DNA of 64,000 nt, from assembly GCF_964204865.1 (NCBI RefSeq), contig NC_135260.1, forward strand, positions 20,274,001 through 20,338,000, read 5' to 3'. This document shows, piece after piece, positions 14,795 through 25,497 of this stretch (positions within the stretch are counted from its first letter, which is position 1; every line of letters begins with the position of its first letter). Made by a program: the position numbers and the translations under genes. The notes under the pieces were generated by a model, which saw nothing but the letters and a program-made list of their open reading frames with translations, ran no database searches and had not been told where the DNA came from. This stretch comes from Styela clava (lineage: Eukaryota).

Positions 14795-15730
14795 CTAATT
14801 ACAGCCATCTTCGACGCCCATTTCCCATTTCATACCCATCTGCTCGAATATTGCATTCATTTTTTTTGCAAATTGCGATACAAAGTGATCATTTGCAATA
14901 CATTTGGTCGCGGGTGGCTTTTTTTCATTTTGTTCAGTTGTCTCGGCGTTTGTTTTGCTTGCAACAGTAGTTTCAGATTCTCTAATCTTCCCGAAAATGG
15001 GATATTTCTCTTCTGGTTCACATCCTTCTTTTACTTCGGTCTTCATCCACTGCGATAACTTTTCATCGTCGAGAGTAAGTGTGTAGTTTTGAGGAATTTC
15101 AACAAATCCGGCTAGAAAGAAATGCAGAAGAGTATCAGATACCATGTCATTTAACATGCCCCCGCTTTTTCAAATTTGTGGCATAAAAATTCATACATTC
15201 TTTGCTCATCGTGTATATCAATACTTATAACGGTGTAGTATAAAGATAACATAATGAGACATGGTATCATCAGTTGTTGTGTTATTGTTTATACCCACCT
15301 CCTTTTATGACGCATCTGCAGTCGTGAACGCAGCAATGCTTATTAGCAGGATGTTTATTGCAATCTTCAAATTTAACCAATTTGTTGTCGCATAAGTTGT
15401 AGCATGGTACTAAATCACCTTTGAAGCCCCTTTCTGTAACAACAAAAATGGTATTAGGAATGGCTGTTGAGAATTGTTGTGTAACACCCCATAAGTTGAT
15501 ATTATCATAGATATTATTAAATTATCATATCGAGCCCCGCTGGATGTCTTATCTTTCCCCAGAAAGGAGAAACCTTGTTTAAATGAAACTGAGACAAAAT
15601 TCTTACTTGGTTCACATTGCTGCTGTCCCAATTTGTAGCGAAACTGAAAACATTTGAGTTGAGTGAATGGAGCTGCTTCAATTTCAAACAAGCTTACCAT
15701 CAGAAGTAGAGAGATTGTTGCCACATTCAT
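14795..15730 (-). CDS. Cys-rich secreted protein family, copy 2: complete 3-exon gene, 191 aa (exons 15730-15607, 15433-15299, 15111-14795)
   Basis: Hydrophobic N-terminus MNVATISLLLMVSLFEIEA-AP; both introns GT-AG and phase 1; spliced CDS 576 nt with no stop until TAG at 14797-14795; 12 Cys. Confidence 0.8.
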
Positions 15731-15936
15731 CTTTGATCTATAGAGCTGCAATCGGCAAACACCAGAAAATACTCAAAAATAGTGCTAAAATATCATTTTG
15801 GCAAGTGAATGATTGCTGCTCATACAATAAGGGGAATCATACACTAAACATCCCCTATTCTTTTAATAGAAAAAGGTCATGGTATACTATTGCTTTATGT
15901 TGTAATAAAAATTTAAGCTGTAGCTAACGGGGACAC

Positions 15937-16037
15937 CAGTTGCGTAACCAGAAATTTTCAGAGGGGGAGGGGGTTCTGAAATTTTAATTGTGAATTGAAA
16001 CCGTATCAGCTAGCGGGTCCGAAATGCTACGCCCCTG
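15937..16037. mobile_element. ~100-bp hAT-type MITE about 200 bp upstream of the ATG; orthologous copies at about 780-882, 25713-25804 and 58013-58116
   Basis: Ends CAGTTGCGTAAC / GCTACGCCCCTG with TSD GGGGACAC/GGGGACGC. Confidence 0.7.
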
Positions 16038-18563
16038 GGGGACGCACGCTGTAGCCTACTGGATGTATATCAAACAGTAAAACACAATAATCTCGAGAAT
16101 GTTGCATCGTTAAATTTTTTTTTATTTGAAGACCTTGAAAATGGGATTAAATATTGTGCCGTAACTTATACATGTATAAAAAATCAATGGAAACAATATT
16201 CAACTAAAGTCTAAGCGACTATAGATAGAAATCATAAACAACCTTTTTATCGTCTCCGTGTTTGGTTGTCCCTTGTTGTGTTTCTGCAAGATGCTTGATG
16301 TCCCCAACTTTTCGTAGCACTATTTATACTATCTCATGCATCACTTCAGGCGTTTTTTTTAAATCAACATCCGCTGATCACCTCCATACCGTTATGACGT
16401 CAATATGATCCTACGATATACCTCGATTTCAGAAACCAACATTGGTATTAGTAAATTTTTTCTTACTTTGAATAATTTTCTCTAATCTTCCACAAATATA
16501 TTAGATCACAATCCATCGGAATTTGTTCATACTTTCAACTTATTTGAATGCAAATTGTAAAACAACAATGACTGAAATAATCTTGAAATGTGCATAAACG
16601 ACCCAGACGGATTTTCATCTGATAAAATCGTTTGAAACTAAATAAGACAGAAACTGACAAATGTAAATTCCTCACTTTCTTCAATATTGTGACCTGTCAG
16701 TATTTTGCATCTGATCTTATATAATTAAGGTTAATGGAAGACACTGGTGTTCAGGTAGTTCATAAAATAGGCAAATGCGTATTACATACCCTCATTTTTA
16801 TTCTTTCTTAGCTGTTGTTTTAGCTAATGTCTTTGACATACTTCATGGAAATCAGTTTCTGTCTTCATGAAATGCTGATACAGAAAACAGTTGTAATTAA
16901 GAAGATACGTGTATGATGTAATATGTAACCGTTGTAAATTCACCATTTTGTTATATAATAACAATTAGATGTCAATTATAATTAAATTAAATTTTCGAAT
17001 AAATGTTGAGTAATATAATAAAAAGTTGAATAATAGTTTAAATTACGAAGATGCTTGATTGGATTTTTATTAGAAACTAATCTTTTTTTTCAGGAAGTTG
17101 TCGTCGAAAGTATTGAAATTGAACATCGGCTAACCACCTCCATTCCGATATGACGTCCATTCGCAAGGGCGTCTATTTTATTCGCTTATAAATGGATTTT
17201 TTGATGCCATAATCCGCCACAATTTGCGTCATTTGTTTTATGTATGGCTGTACGTATATTCATTTACATACCAATTGTAATGTAACAATGACTTAATATT
17301 CAAATATTTTTGACAAGTACTTGGCCCAGACGGATTTTTATCTTTTAAATACGCATGAAACCGAATAAGATAAACAAAAATTTTCTATTTCATGAATGTT
17401 GTGAATGTTTCTGATATACTTTGATACCGCAGCTGATGGTAAAGTTGCTATTACGTACATATTCACAATATTTGGGAAACAGAGGTTACAATAATAAGAC
17501 AAAAGTAATCCAGCACATAACTTATCTTGTTCATACTATACCATGCTATCAGTATTTTGCACCTGATCTTATTTAGTTAGTTTGTGTAGTTTAGTAATTA
17601 GATAAATGGGTAATTCAATATTTAATACTCTGAACTGTATGCCTCTTTGACGAATGAATATTGGTGTTTTAAATTTTAGTGAGTTCTTGCGACATTATTC
17701 TAAGCAAGAATGTTTTTTCAATTTTGGTAATGAAGTCTATCACTTAAAACAACACACAGGACAACGCTTTACTTTACTGTTTTCGAGTGCATTTGTTTTT
17801 TTGTTGTATAATGCAAATCAGGTTTCAATTTGGTGTTGTTCAGAAATTCATTTTAAGTAAATGTTGATACAGTAGACAGTCACAAATAATACGATACGTA
17901 AAAGTTGTGAGGTCGCCGCTTTGTTGCATAATGAAATTACATAAAAAGAATTTTCAAATAAATGATCTAGTAAAATGAATGTGAACCATGGTGAAATATT
18001 GGATGAAAGCGTATTAGTGTAAAAGTTGTCGTCGAACACTATTGAAAACGGATTAGTTTGTAGGATACCCAAACTACCAGGATAGTTTATAAAATTAAAC
18101 ACGTGATTTACAAATATCGGCAAGTAGATTTTGTGAAATATAAAGTGGTATAGAGTCCGACGCGCTTACCGAGGCAAGATAAATTTTTGGTACATTTTTT
18201 AATATTTGTTTTTCTGTAGTTCTAATAATCCCCATAAATTGCAAATAACCAGCCCCATTGGAATACATTCAATTCAATAAAAATGGTAAATTTAGGTTTA
18301 GGGTCTACTAAATAGAATTATGCTACATTACAATAAGACAACAACAAAATGTATTGACTTTGTTAACTCTAAAAATTCAGAACCAATATATAACTAACTA
18401 AAGACAGCTATGGTCGAATATATGTACACGAAGTCCATAACGAAATGTTTTACCACCAATTCTACGAAAATCCTTCGGTTTCCTGAACAGCCACGCTATC
18501 TGGGTACCGGTAACGGTACGCGGACTGTTCTAGCTTTTCCTGGCCATGTAAGATGATCTATAC

Positions 18564-20520
18564 CAGGGGCGTCAAACTCGTGGGTTTTCAAGGGCCGCAT
18601 TGCATTTTGGGAATTGTGCAAAAGCAAACAGTTTTTGATATATTTTGATAATGTATACTTGAAGCATATTTTTAGATATGTGTATTTTGTGACATATATT
18701 GTGATGCAATCAAATAGCCGAATAAAGTTTTGTTATTTTCTGAAATTTTAAATGACATTTGAAGCAATTAGGTTTGAGACATCACTTCTCAAAGCAGAAG
18801 AAGACCACATTTGACCAATAAGGAAAAAAATTATTCAACATTTTAGCTGGCTTTTTGTAAAGACAAAATTAATTTCCCGAACAACTTTTTCTTTGATACA
18901 ACAAACATTTATAACGCAATCTGAATCAGTATAGGACATCGCCACCAATAAAAGTCCTTCCGCCAACTATGCTCGCCACAGGCCGAATGATCTTCTCCTC
19001 AGTTAATCTTTCACGTTGACAACGAAGGACACAAAAATCAGAAAAGCGATTGGACGTCATTGATGAGCGCAGCCATGTCTTCACCCGCTTCATACAGGAA
19101 AAAGAACGCTCAGCTTCGACAGTTGTTGCTGGTAGCGTCATAACGATCTGCATTGATGTGTGCACGCTTGGATAAACTCGGCTGCTCAGACGAAACCCTT
19201 ACAAACATTCGTCGTTGACGTTGGAGCTCAAAGAAGCTCTCCACAGTCTCACTTCATTCTGGAGGTTATCCAACAAATACAAACGCTCAATCTCAACCAC
19301 TCGAACTGGTTCGTTCAGAGGAAGAATTGATAGTAAAGAAAAAAGAGGGGTTGTCAATGAAGTGTTCCCGGATAGAGCAGCTCAAGCCGTCGATGTATGG
19401 AAGATATACGGAGCGTTGGAAATACTTGGATGCTGAATCAGCACAGAAGCCTCTTTGTAAATATTCGATGCAAGGTCTAAGTCATTGCGTTCTTCAGTGA
19501 GAACGCTTTGGAGGATGTGGGGCTCTTCACTGACGGCACACTGACTCCGACCGTCTGAAGTGTGCGCGCAGTGCCGAATATCGACCAATTACACATACAT
19601 CGTAGATAACAGAAGACTTCTCTAGAGCAGATTTTAGAGAGAAAGCCTTCGCCCTCGTCTCACTGTTGGCTTCTTTCGCTTCTTTTCGAGAGCCTCAAGT
19701 ACTCGTTTGAAGTTGCAGTTGATTATTGCAACTTTACTTTGGTCATTTATGACCAAATTCAAACAATGAGAGGCACAGTGCACAACGCTCACGTGACCTG
19801 CCATTGTTGTTGCACAATCATAACCCTGCCCCACAAGTTTTTGCAAATCCACTCCTATCCCAGTGAGGTGGGCCAAAATATTTGATGAAATTGATTCGGC
19901 GGAAACGGAATCCATTTCCACAAATCCTGTGAAGCGCAGGCACACTTCGCTATCGCTCACATACCTCAAAACAATGCTTAGTTTTTTCCCGGAAATATTA
20001 CACGATTTATTAGCCTCCATAACGATATCTTGCACTATCATATTGCTTGATACACTGAGAATCTCATTCTGTATCATCGGGCTTGTATACTTGGCGTTTC
20101 CGGCCATGCCTTTTCATATCTTCATCCCCGGCGTCGATACGAAATGGAAGAAGCTCCGCAAAATTTCCGCTATCTCCGGAATGTCCGCGCAAAGGTATGT
20201 TACTAAAAGCACAGAACATACCCGTTTTGACAATAGAAGCCATTATTCGCCTGTTTTCTTTCGATTGCGTAGAATATTAGGCTTCCAACTTTGTACGCAC
20301 ATTTGAATCATTTTCCATGCTTTTGACAAAATTTTTCGCAGCTGCAATTGATTCTTCGTGGTGATTTGAGTCTCGGTGGGCTACAGCCTTTTCAATAAAT
20401 TTTTTGTAGTCAATGAATGGTCTTGTGACAAAAGCAGTGTCCCTGAAACCTCCATGCTTTAAACGCGCTCGCATCACGACGCATAGCTTACACAGGCCAC
20501 TCCCACCAGAGAGTTCGGTG
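18564..20520 (-). mobile_element. Decayed hAT transposase (ZMYM1/DUF4371-type) with a hAT-like terminus at 18564 that truncates duplicate unit 2
   Basis: Fragments NAKYTSPMIQNEI, LVGQGYD.A.TMAG, VHCASHCLNLV, LPATTVEAERSFSCMKRVKTWLRSSM (hATC dimerisation); many frameshifts; CAGGGGCGTCAAAC at 18564 may belong to a separate MITE. Confidence 0.85.
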
Positions 20521-22528
20521 TAAACTAACCAACTGCTGAAAATAATGATGCAAGACATTTAGTGACAGTGATTGCAGTCATGTCCGCACATGAGTATACA
20601 AAAGGGAATCTACTATACTCGTCCAATACCACGAGTAAATATCGCCGTTTTCCCGCGACGGGACCTTCAAATAAAATCAATACTAATTCTCTTTCACGGC
20701 CGAGTAGCTTTGACCACGTGATGGCTTCCATCGAATCTATAAAAGTTGGGGTTTATTTAGGTACATTGTCGGCAACTAGCGCATTCCCTCTTTACATCGC
20801 CAACAGAAAGGGGCAAAGATTTAGTGCGTATGAAATGAAGTATTCGACGGACACCAGGATGACCCAATTGAGTACGAACTTCTCTAAGACGAATGGTGCA
20901 ACAAGTGTTGCTAGCACAGATTCTTGACAATGCGTCTAGTGCCACATTTTCCACACCCGGACGATGGACAATTTCATATTCAAATACAGAAAGTTCTAGT
21001 TTCCACAATTGTAACTTCGTATTCCCAATTTTGATTTTTCCGAAGAATGTATGCCAAAGCTTTTTGATCAGTTTAAACTTTTTCCCATGCAAAAGATATC
21101 CCCATTTTCCCACAGCTTCAACAATCGCCGCCGCTTTTTTTTTTATCTACGGCCGGATGTCTTAATTCCGACTTACCGAGTGTTCTAGAGTTAAAGGCGA
21201 CCGGCCTCCCTTTTTGACTCAAAATGGCGGCAATCGCAAATTTGGACGCATCGCACTCAATAACAAACGGTTCATCTTCATATATGCACCCTAAGCACGC
21301 TTTTAACAAATCGGCTTTCAATTGATTAAAAGAAGATAAAAGCTTTGCCTTTCAGGGGAAACGATGTATTAGTTGAAAGTGGCTTTAATTTTTCACAAAA
21401 TTTAGATATATATTTCGGATAGTATAGGCAAAATCAATCGTAAATCAATGGTACTGTAGATCTTCTCTTTAGCAACCTCGTTGATTATATTGTCTATGCG
21501 AGGTAAGGGATACGCGTCAAGAGCAGTGTATCTATTAATTGTTTGTTAATAGTCAATAACAAGACGTTTTTTATGTCTTTGGTCTTTTGTGACCAATACT
21601 TGAGCGCGCCACGGCGACTCTGACCGTTCTATAGTGCATTCCGCAACAAACGAGCAATCTCATATTTAATGAACTTCAGATTATCGGAACTGTAATTTCT
21701 GGACCTGACAGCAATGGGCTTACAGTTATCGTCAATAAAGGTTTACTTACTTTTGCGCTAGCCAAATTGCAAAATGCTTTACCAACGTACAAGGAGTCGC
21801 GGTCTCCGTTGAATTTGAAAACAACTTTTCGATGTTTGCTCAAAAAATCTTGGCCCAGTATGATGTCCGTACACAGATTTTTCACAACACCAATCTTCAT
21901 TGCACCATAAACTCTCGTTCTAATCATTAGATCGTCGTTTGTGCAACTGATTCGTTCGAAGCAAGTTCAATTACATTTTTAGTAACTCTGTGAAGCGCTG
22001 GAGTCCAGGAGACCCACCAGAGGGTTATCCGCAATTTTAGCAGTAATCGTCGATCGTGACAACGAAGTATGAATACCAGCCATAATTGAAGTCAGGTGCG
22101 AATCTTTTACGTAGCAACCGATTTCTTCGCTTTACGGCAAACCTGTGCAAAATGTCCTCGGAGGCCACAATCAAAACACTCTGCGTTCCTAGCGGGGCAC
22201 CTCAGTCGATTTAAAGCATGAGTTCGTCCGCAAAAATAACACCTTCCACGGTTAACTTTTGTTCCGTAAGTACTTCTTGCAGCAGCAACGTGTTGGTCAC
22301 TATCAGAGCTAAACTTAGAAAATTGGTCTCCTTTGTTTACCGACAATTGATCATTCATTGAAGTAACGGCTGCTTGACGAGGCAATGATTGCTGGTACGA
22401 ATGCAAAAATTTCTCGGCTCGTTCCAAAGAATCAGCAATTTGAATAGCCTTTTCCAGTGATAATTCATCATATTCTAGCAATCTTTGTCGAATATTACCG
22501 GAACATAGCCCTGTTATAAGCGCATCTC

Positions 22529-24064
22529 TTAGCGCCTCATCTCTTTGTTGTTGGGCGCTGACGTCTTTGAAATTACAATCTTTCGCAAGTGACCTGAGTG
22601 CTTGGGAAAATTCAGACATAGTTTCACTGCTCGATTACAAATAATCGAATAATCGATTACAAACCTTCGTTTCCCATTTTCACCCTTTACGACGACAACT
22701 TGAGCTCTCCACGGAGATCTGCTAGGCGTTACAATTCCTTCCTGTAACAAACGGTTGACCTCCATTTCAATAAACTTTCTGTCATCTTTGGAATACCAAC
22801 GAGACTTTGTAGCAATAGGATGGCAGTCAGCAGTCAGATTTTTGAATGGTTCTGGTGGCAAACTTTTGAAAGTTGAAAAGCCACATACAGACATTGGAGG
22901 TCGATCGCCGCCGTAATTATAAGTTACACTTTGATGTTGTCCTTGAAAGTCTATTCCAAGTAAAATGTCACAACATAGATCATCCATTACTCTCAATATG
23001 AATTTTCGATAGTGTCGGCCCTGATATTCAATATCAGCTGCTGTGCAACCTTTTATAGGCATGGAACACGCCAGAGAAGCCATTGCTACCTTGTCCTTAA
23101 CTGTGTCCCTTTTGATTGGGAGGTTACACCTTTCTATGAGACGAGGGTGTATGAAACTCTGACTACTGCAACTCTCAAAAACTGCGCATACTTTGTGTCC
23201 TTCAATATGAATCACAGACGACGACCCTCTCAATGATTTCGGGGTATTGTCAAAAGCCATTCCTAATATATACGAGTTAGAACATGCAGTGACTTTGTCA
23301 GGATTTTGTGGGTTGAAAACGGTTCCTCTGCAGACTTTTATGAAATGTCCTTTTTTATGACATTTGAAACAAAACACATTTCGGGCTGGACATTTTGAAC
23401 GAGGATGTTTCTTTCCGCCACAGAAAAAGCACGCGGAATTTGCAGTAGCAGATATTTTCTCGATATCACACGATGTCTCATCGTTTTGAGTTTCACTGTT
23501 TTGAGCAGCCGCAGACACAGTAGAAGGATCGGATATTCGATAAGCTTCAGCATTCTTAATTGCTACTTCTAAGCTTCTGGCTTGATCGTATGTCGTATTA
23601 AGATCAAGGTGTTTGTTTTCCAACAAACGCTGTCGTATCCATGTGGAGTTTAACCCCCGGATAAAAGCGTCTCGGACATAAGCATCTCGGTTTTGAACAG
23701 CAGATACAGCTTTGAAATTACAATGTTTGCTTAACGATTTCAATGCTTGCATGTATTCGTCTACATTTTCAGATGCTTGTTGGTTCCTGGTTGCCAGAAC
23801 ATGCCGAGAATAAACTTCATTGAGAGGTTTGACAAACATTGTTTTCAGAATCTCAATCGCAGTATCGTACGATTCTGCCTCCTCAATGTTTTGGAATATA
23901 CGAGGAGATATGAAATTCACCAGTACACCAAGTTTATCAAGGCCTTCAGACGGCAAGGCGTTTAGAAAATTATCGAAAGTCTTCTTCCAGTGCAGCCACT
24001 CACAGGATGCTTCACTAGAGTTAGGATCTACCTCCAGTCTCTCTGGTCTCAGAATCTTGTCCAT
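22529..24064 (-). CDS. gag-pol: Gag-protease-truncated RT of Gypsy element B (last ~37 aa are out-of-frame read-through)
   Basis: 511-aa ORF with CFFCGGKKHPRSKC, CFKCHKKGHFIKVC and ILLGIDF; protease active site reads FESCS rather than D(S/T)G. Confidence 0.85.
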   Translation of the reverse strand: MDKILRPERLEVDPNSSEASCEWLHWKKTFDNFLNALPSEGLDKLGVLVNFISPRIFQNIEEAESYDTAIEILKTMFVKPLNEVYSRHVLATRNQQASENVDEYMQALKSLSKHCNFKAVSAVQNRDAYVRDAFIRGLNSTWIRQRLLENKHLDLNTTYDQARSLEVAIKNAEAYRISDPSTVSAAAQNSETQNDETSCDIEKISATANSACFFCGGKKHPRSKCPARNVFCFKCHKKGHFIKVCRGTVFNPQNPDKVTACSNSYILGMAFDNTPKSLRGSSSVIHIEGHKVCAVFESCSSQSFIHPRLIERCNLPIKRDTVKDKVAMASLACSMPIKGCTAADIEYQGRHYRKFILRVMDDLCCDILLGIDFQGQHQSVTYNYGGDRPPMSVCGFSTFKSLPPEPFKNLTADCHPIATKSRWYSKDDRKFIEMEVNRLLQEGIVTPSRSPWRAQVVVVKGENGKRRFVIDYSIICNRAVKLCLNFPKHSGHLRKIVISKTSAPNNKEMRR

Positions 24065-24419
24065 GCTTGTACCAGAATACTCTTGTGAAATGATTTAAGT
24101 TGAATAAATTGTAATGAATAAGAAATATAGTACCTTGATATAAGGCTTTATTCAACTTAAATTTAAAGCACTCTTAGAATGAATCTAAAATAATATAAGA
24201 CAAGCAAATGTTATTAAACAAGAAAACAAATACGTATCGAATTGCTGATGCTAACAGTAAGCGGCTCAATAGTTAAATGAATAAAGTTGAAAGAATTAAC
24301 ACACTACATCTACAGCACAGCAATGATTGGTGTCTGATTTAAAACGCCACAGCAATCATCGCTTGACTGCAGCTGTATAAACAAATAGATACATTGAGTT
24401 GCATTTCCAAGTTATCACA
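22640..24419 (-). mobile_element. Ty3/Gypsy element B nested in the gag of element A; 5' LTR 24419-24110, 3'-truncated in early RT
   Basis: LTR TGTGATAAC...TCATTACA; ORF 24064-22529 has gag, two zinc knuckles, protease and RT start SPWRAQVVVV..RFVIDYS, then switches to element A sequence. Confidence 0.85.
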
Positions 24420-24979
24420 AACTGAACCCGTGTAGCCAGCGTGTGTCTTGCATATATGATATTCTTCTTTTTATGATAATGGTTGCGCAAAATCACCATA
24501 GCTTCATCATACACATCCATCACAAAGAAAAACACGTTAGTAATAAAATCCACCAATGATAGCACATTTGTTAATATGCCTTGAAACACCTTCCTTGGAT
24601 CTGTTAGATTCCACAGCTGTTAAGTAATTTGCAAGCATCCTGTCCCAATGGGAAAATACTTTTAGAGCTCCAACTTCATTTAGCAAGACATAAAGCACTG
24701 GCACCCGAATAAGTTTTTCGTCGGAAGTTGCCATTGCTTTCGGAAAACCAGTTAATCGTTTCAAGTTTTGAGCTAATAAAATTGTGGTGAACCTAATACA
24801 GAAAGAAACAAACTTGTATACTAGGCTTTTATTAGCTCGAACGTCGACTAAGAGTCTTAAAGCAGCACAAACCAAAGAATGACTTTCAAATCAAAACACC
24901 ATGCTATTAAAGGACGAACAGTATACGTCAGCAAGGTCAAATGTCGTGGCTGTTTTAGGTGTTGCTAGATTTCAAGACA

Positions 24980-25497
24980 TATCTGGCTAGAAAGAAATGC
25001 AGAATGGCATCATATTTCATGTTATTTTACATGCCCCCGCTTTTTACAAGTTTGTGGATACAAATCCATTCATTCTTTGCTCATCGTGTATATCAATACT
25101 TATTATAAACTGTGTACGCTAAAGATAACATAATGATACATGGTATCAGCTGTTGTGTTAAAGTTGTAGCATGGTACTAAATCACTTTTGAAGCCCCTTT
25201 CTGTAACAGCAATATGGTATTAAGAATGGCTGTTAAGAATTGTTTAAGTGTTACACAAGTTGAAATTATCATAGATATTATCATATCGAGTCCCGCTAGA
25301 TGTCTTATCTTTCCTCAGAATGGAAAAACCCTGTTTAAAATGAAACTGAGACAAAATTCTTACCTCACCCCAATTCTTTCGCATTGATGCTGTCCCAATT
25401 TGTAGCAAAACTGAAAACATTTGAGTTGACTGAATGGTGCTGCTTCAATTTCAAACAAGGTTACTATCAGAAGTAGAGAGATTGCTGCCACATTCAT
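24980..25497 (-). pseudogene. Cys-rich secreted protein family, copy 3 (pseudogene)
   Basis: ATG at 25497; +10-nt change before the exon 1 donor shifts phase; most of exon 2 and its donor deleted at about 25161; exon 3 cut after about 7 nt by the Gypsy A LTR. Confidence 0.85.

Larger units (their letters stand above)
13000..18562. repeat. Segmental duplicate unit 2
   Basis: 15140-18562 colinear with 1-4750; about 13100-13460 matches about 59400-59750 in inverted orientation. Confidence 0.85.
20525..24979 (-). mobile_element. Ty3/Gypsy element A: 5' LTR 24979-24783, gag from 24734 interrupted at 24420 and resuming at about 22635, decayed PR-RT-RNaseH-IN down to 20525, no 3' LTR
   Basis: LTR TG...CA; gag HTLATRVQ // SETMSEFSQALRSLAKDC with double zinc knuckle; IILGQDFL (protease region), IECDASKFAIAAIL (RNase H), HPGVRR..C..C and LVVLDEYSRFPF (integrase). 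Confidence 0.85.

Noticed and set aside
15410-15751. 113-aa unspliced ORF as the product of copy 2
   Set aside because: It runs through a conserved GTAAG donor; the intronic part is not frame-conserved among paralogs while spliced exon 2 is
19863-21165. Plus-strand ORFs (147, 121 and 90 aa) and minus-strand ORFs across 32812-38486
   Set aside because: Antisense shadows of transposase and gag-pol coding sequence
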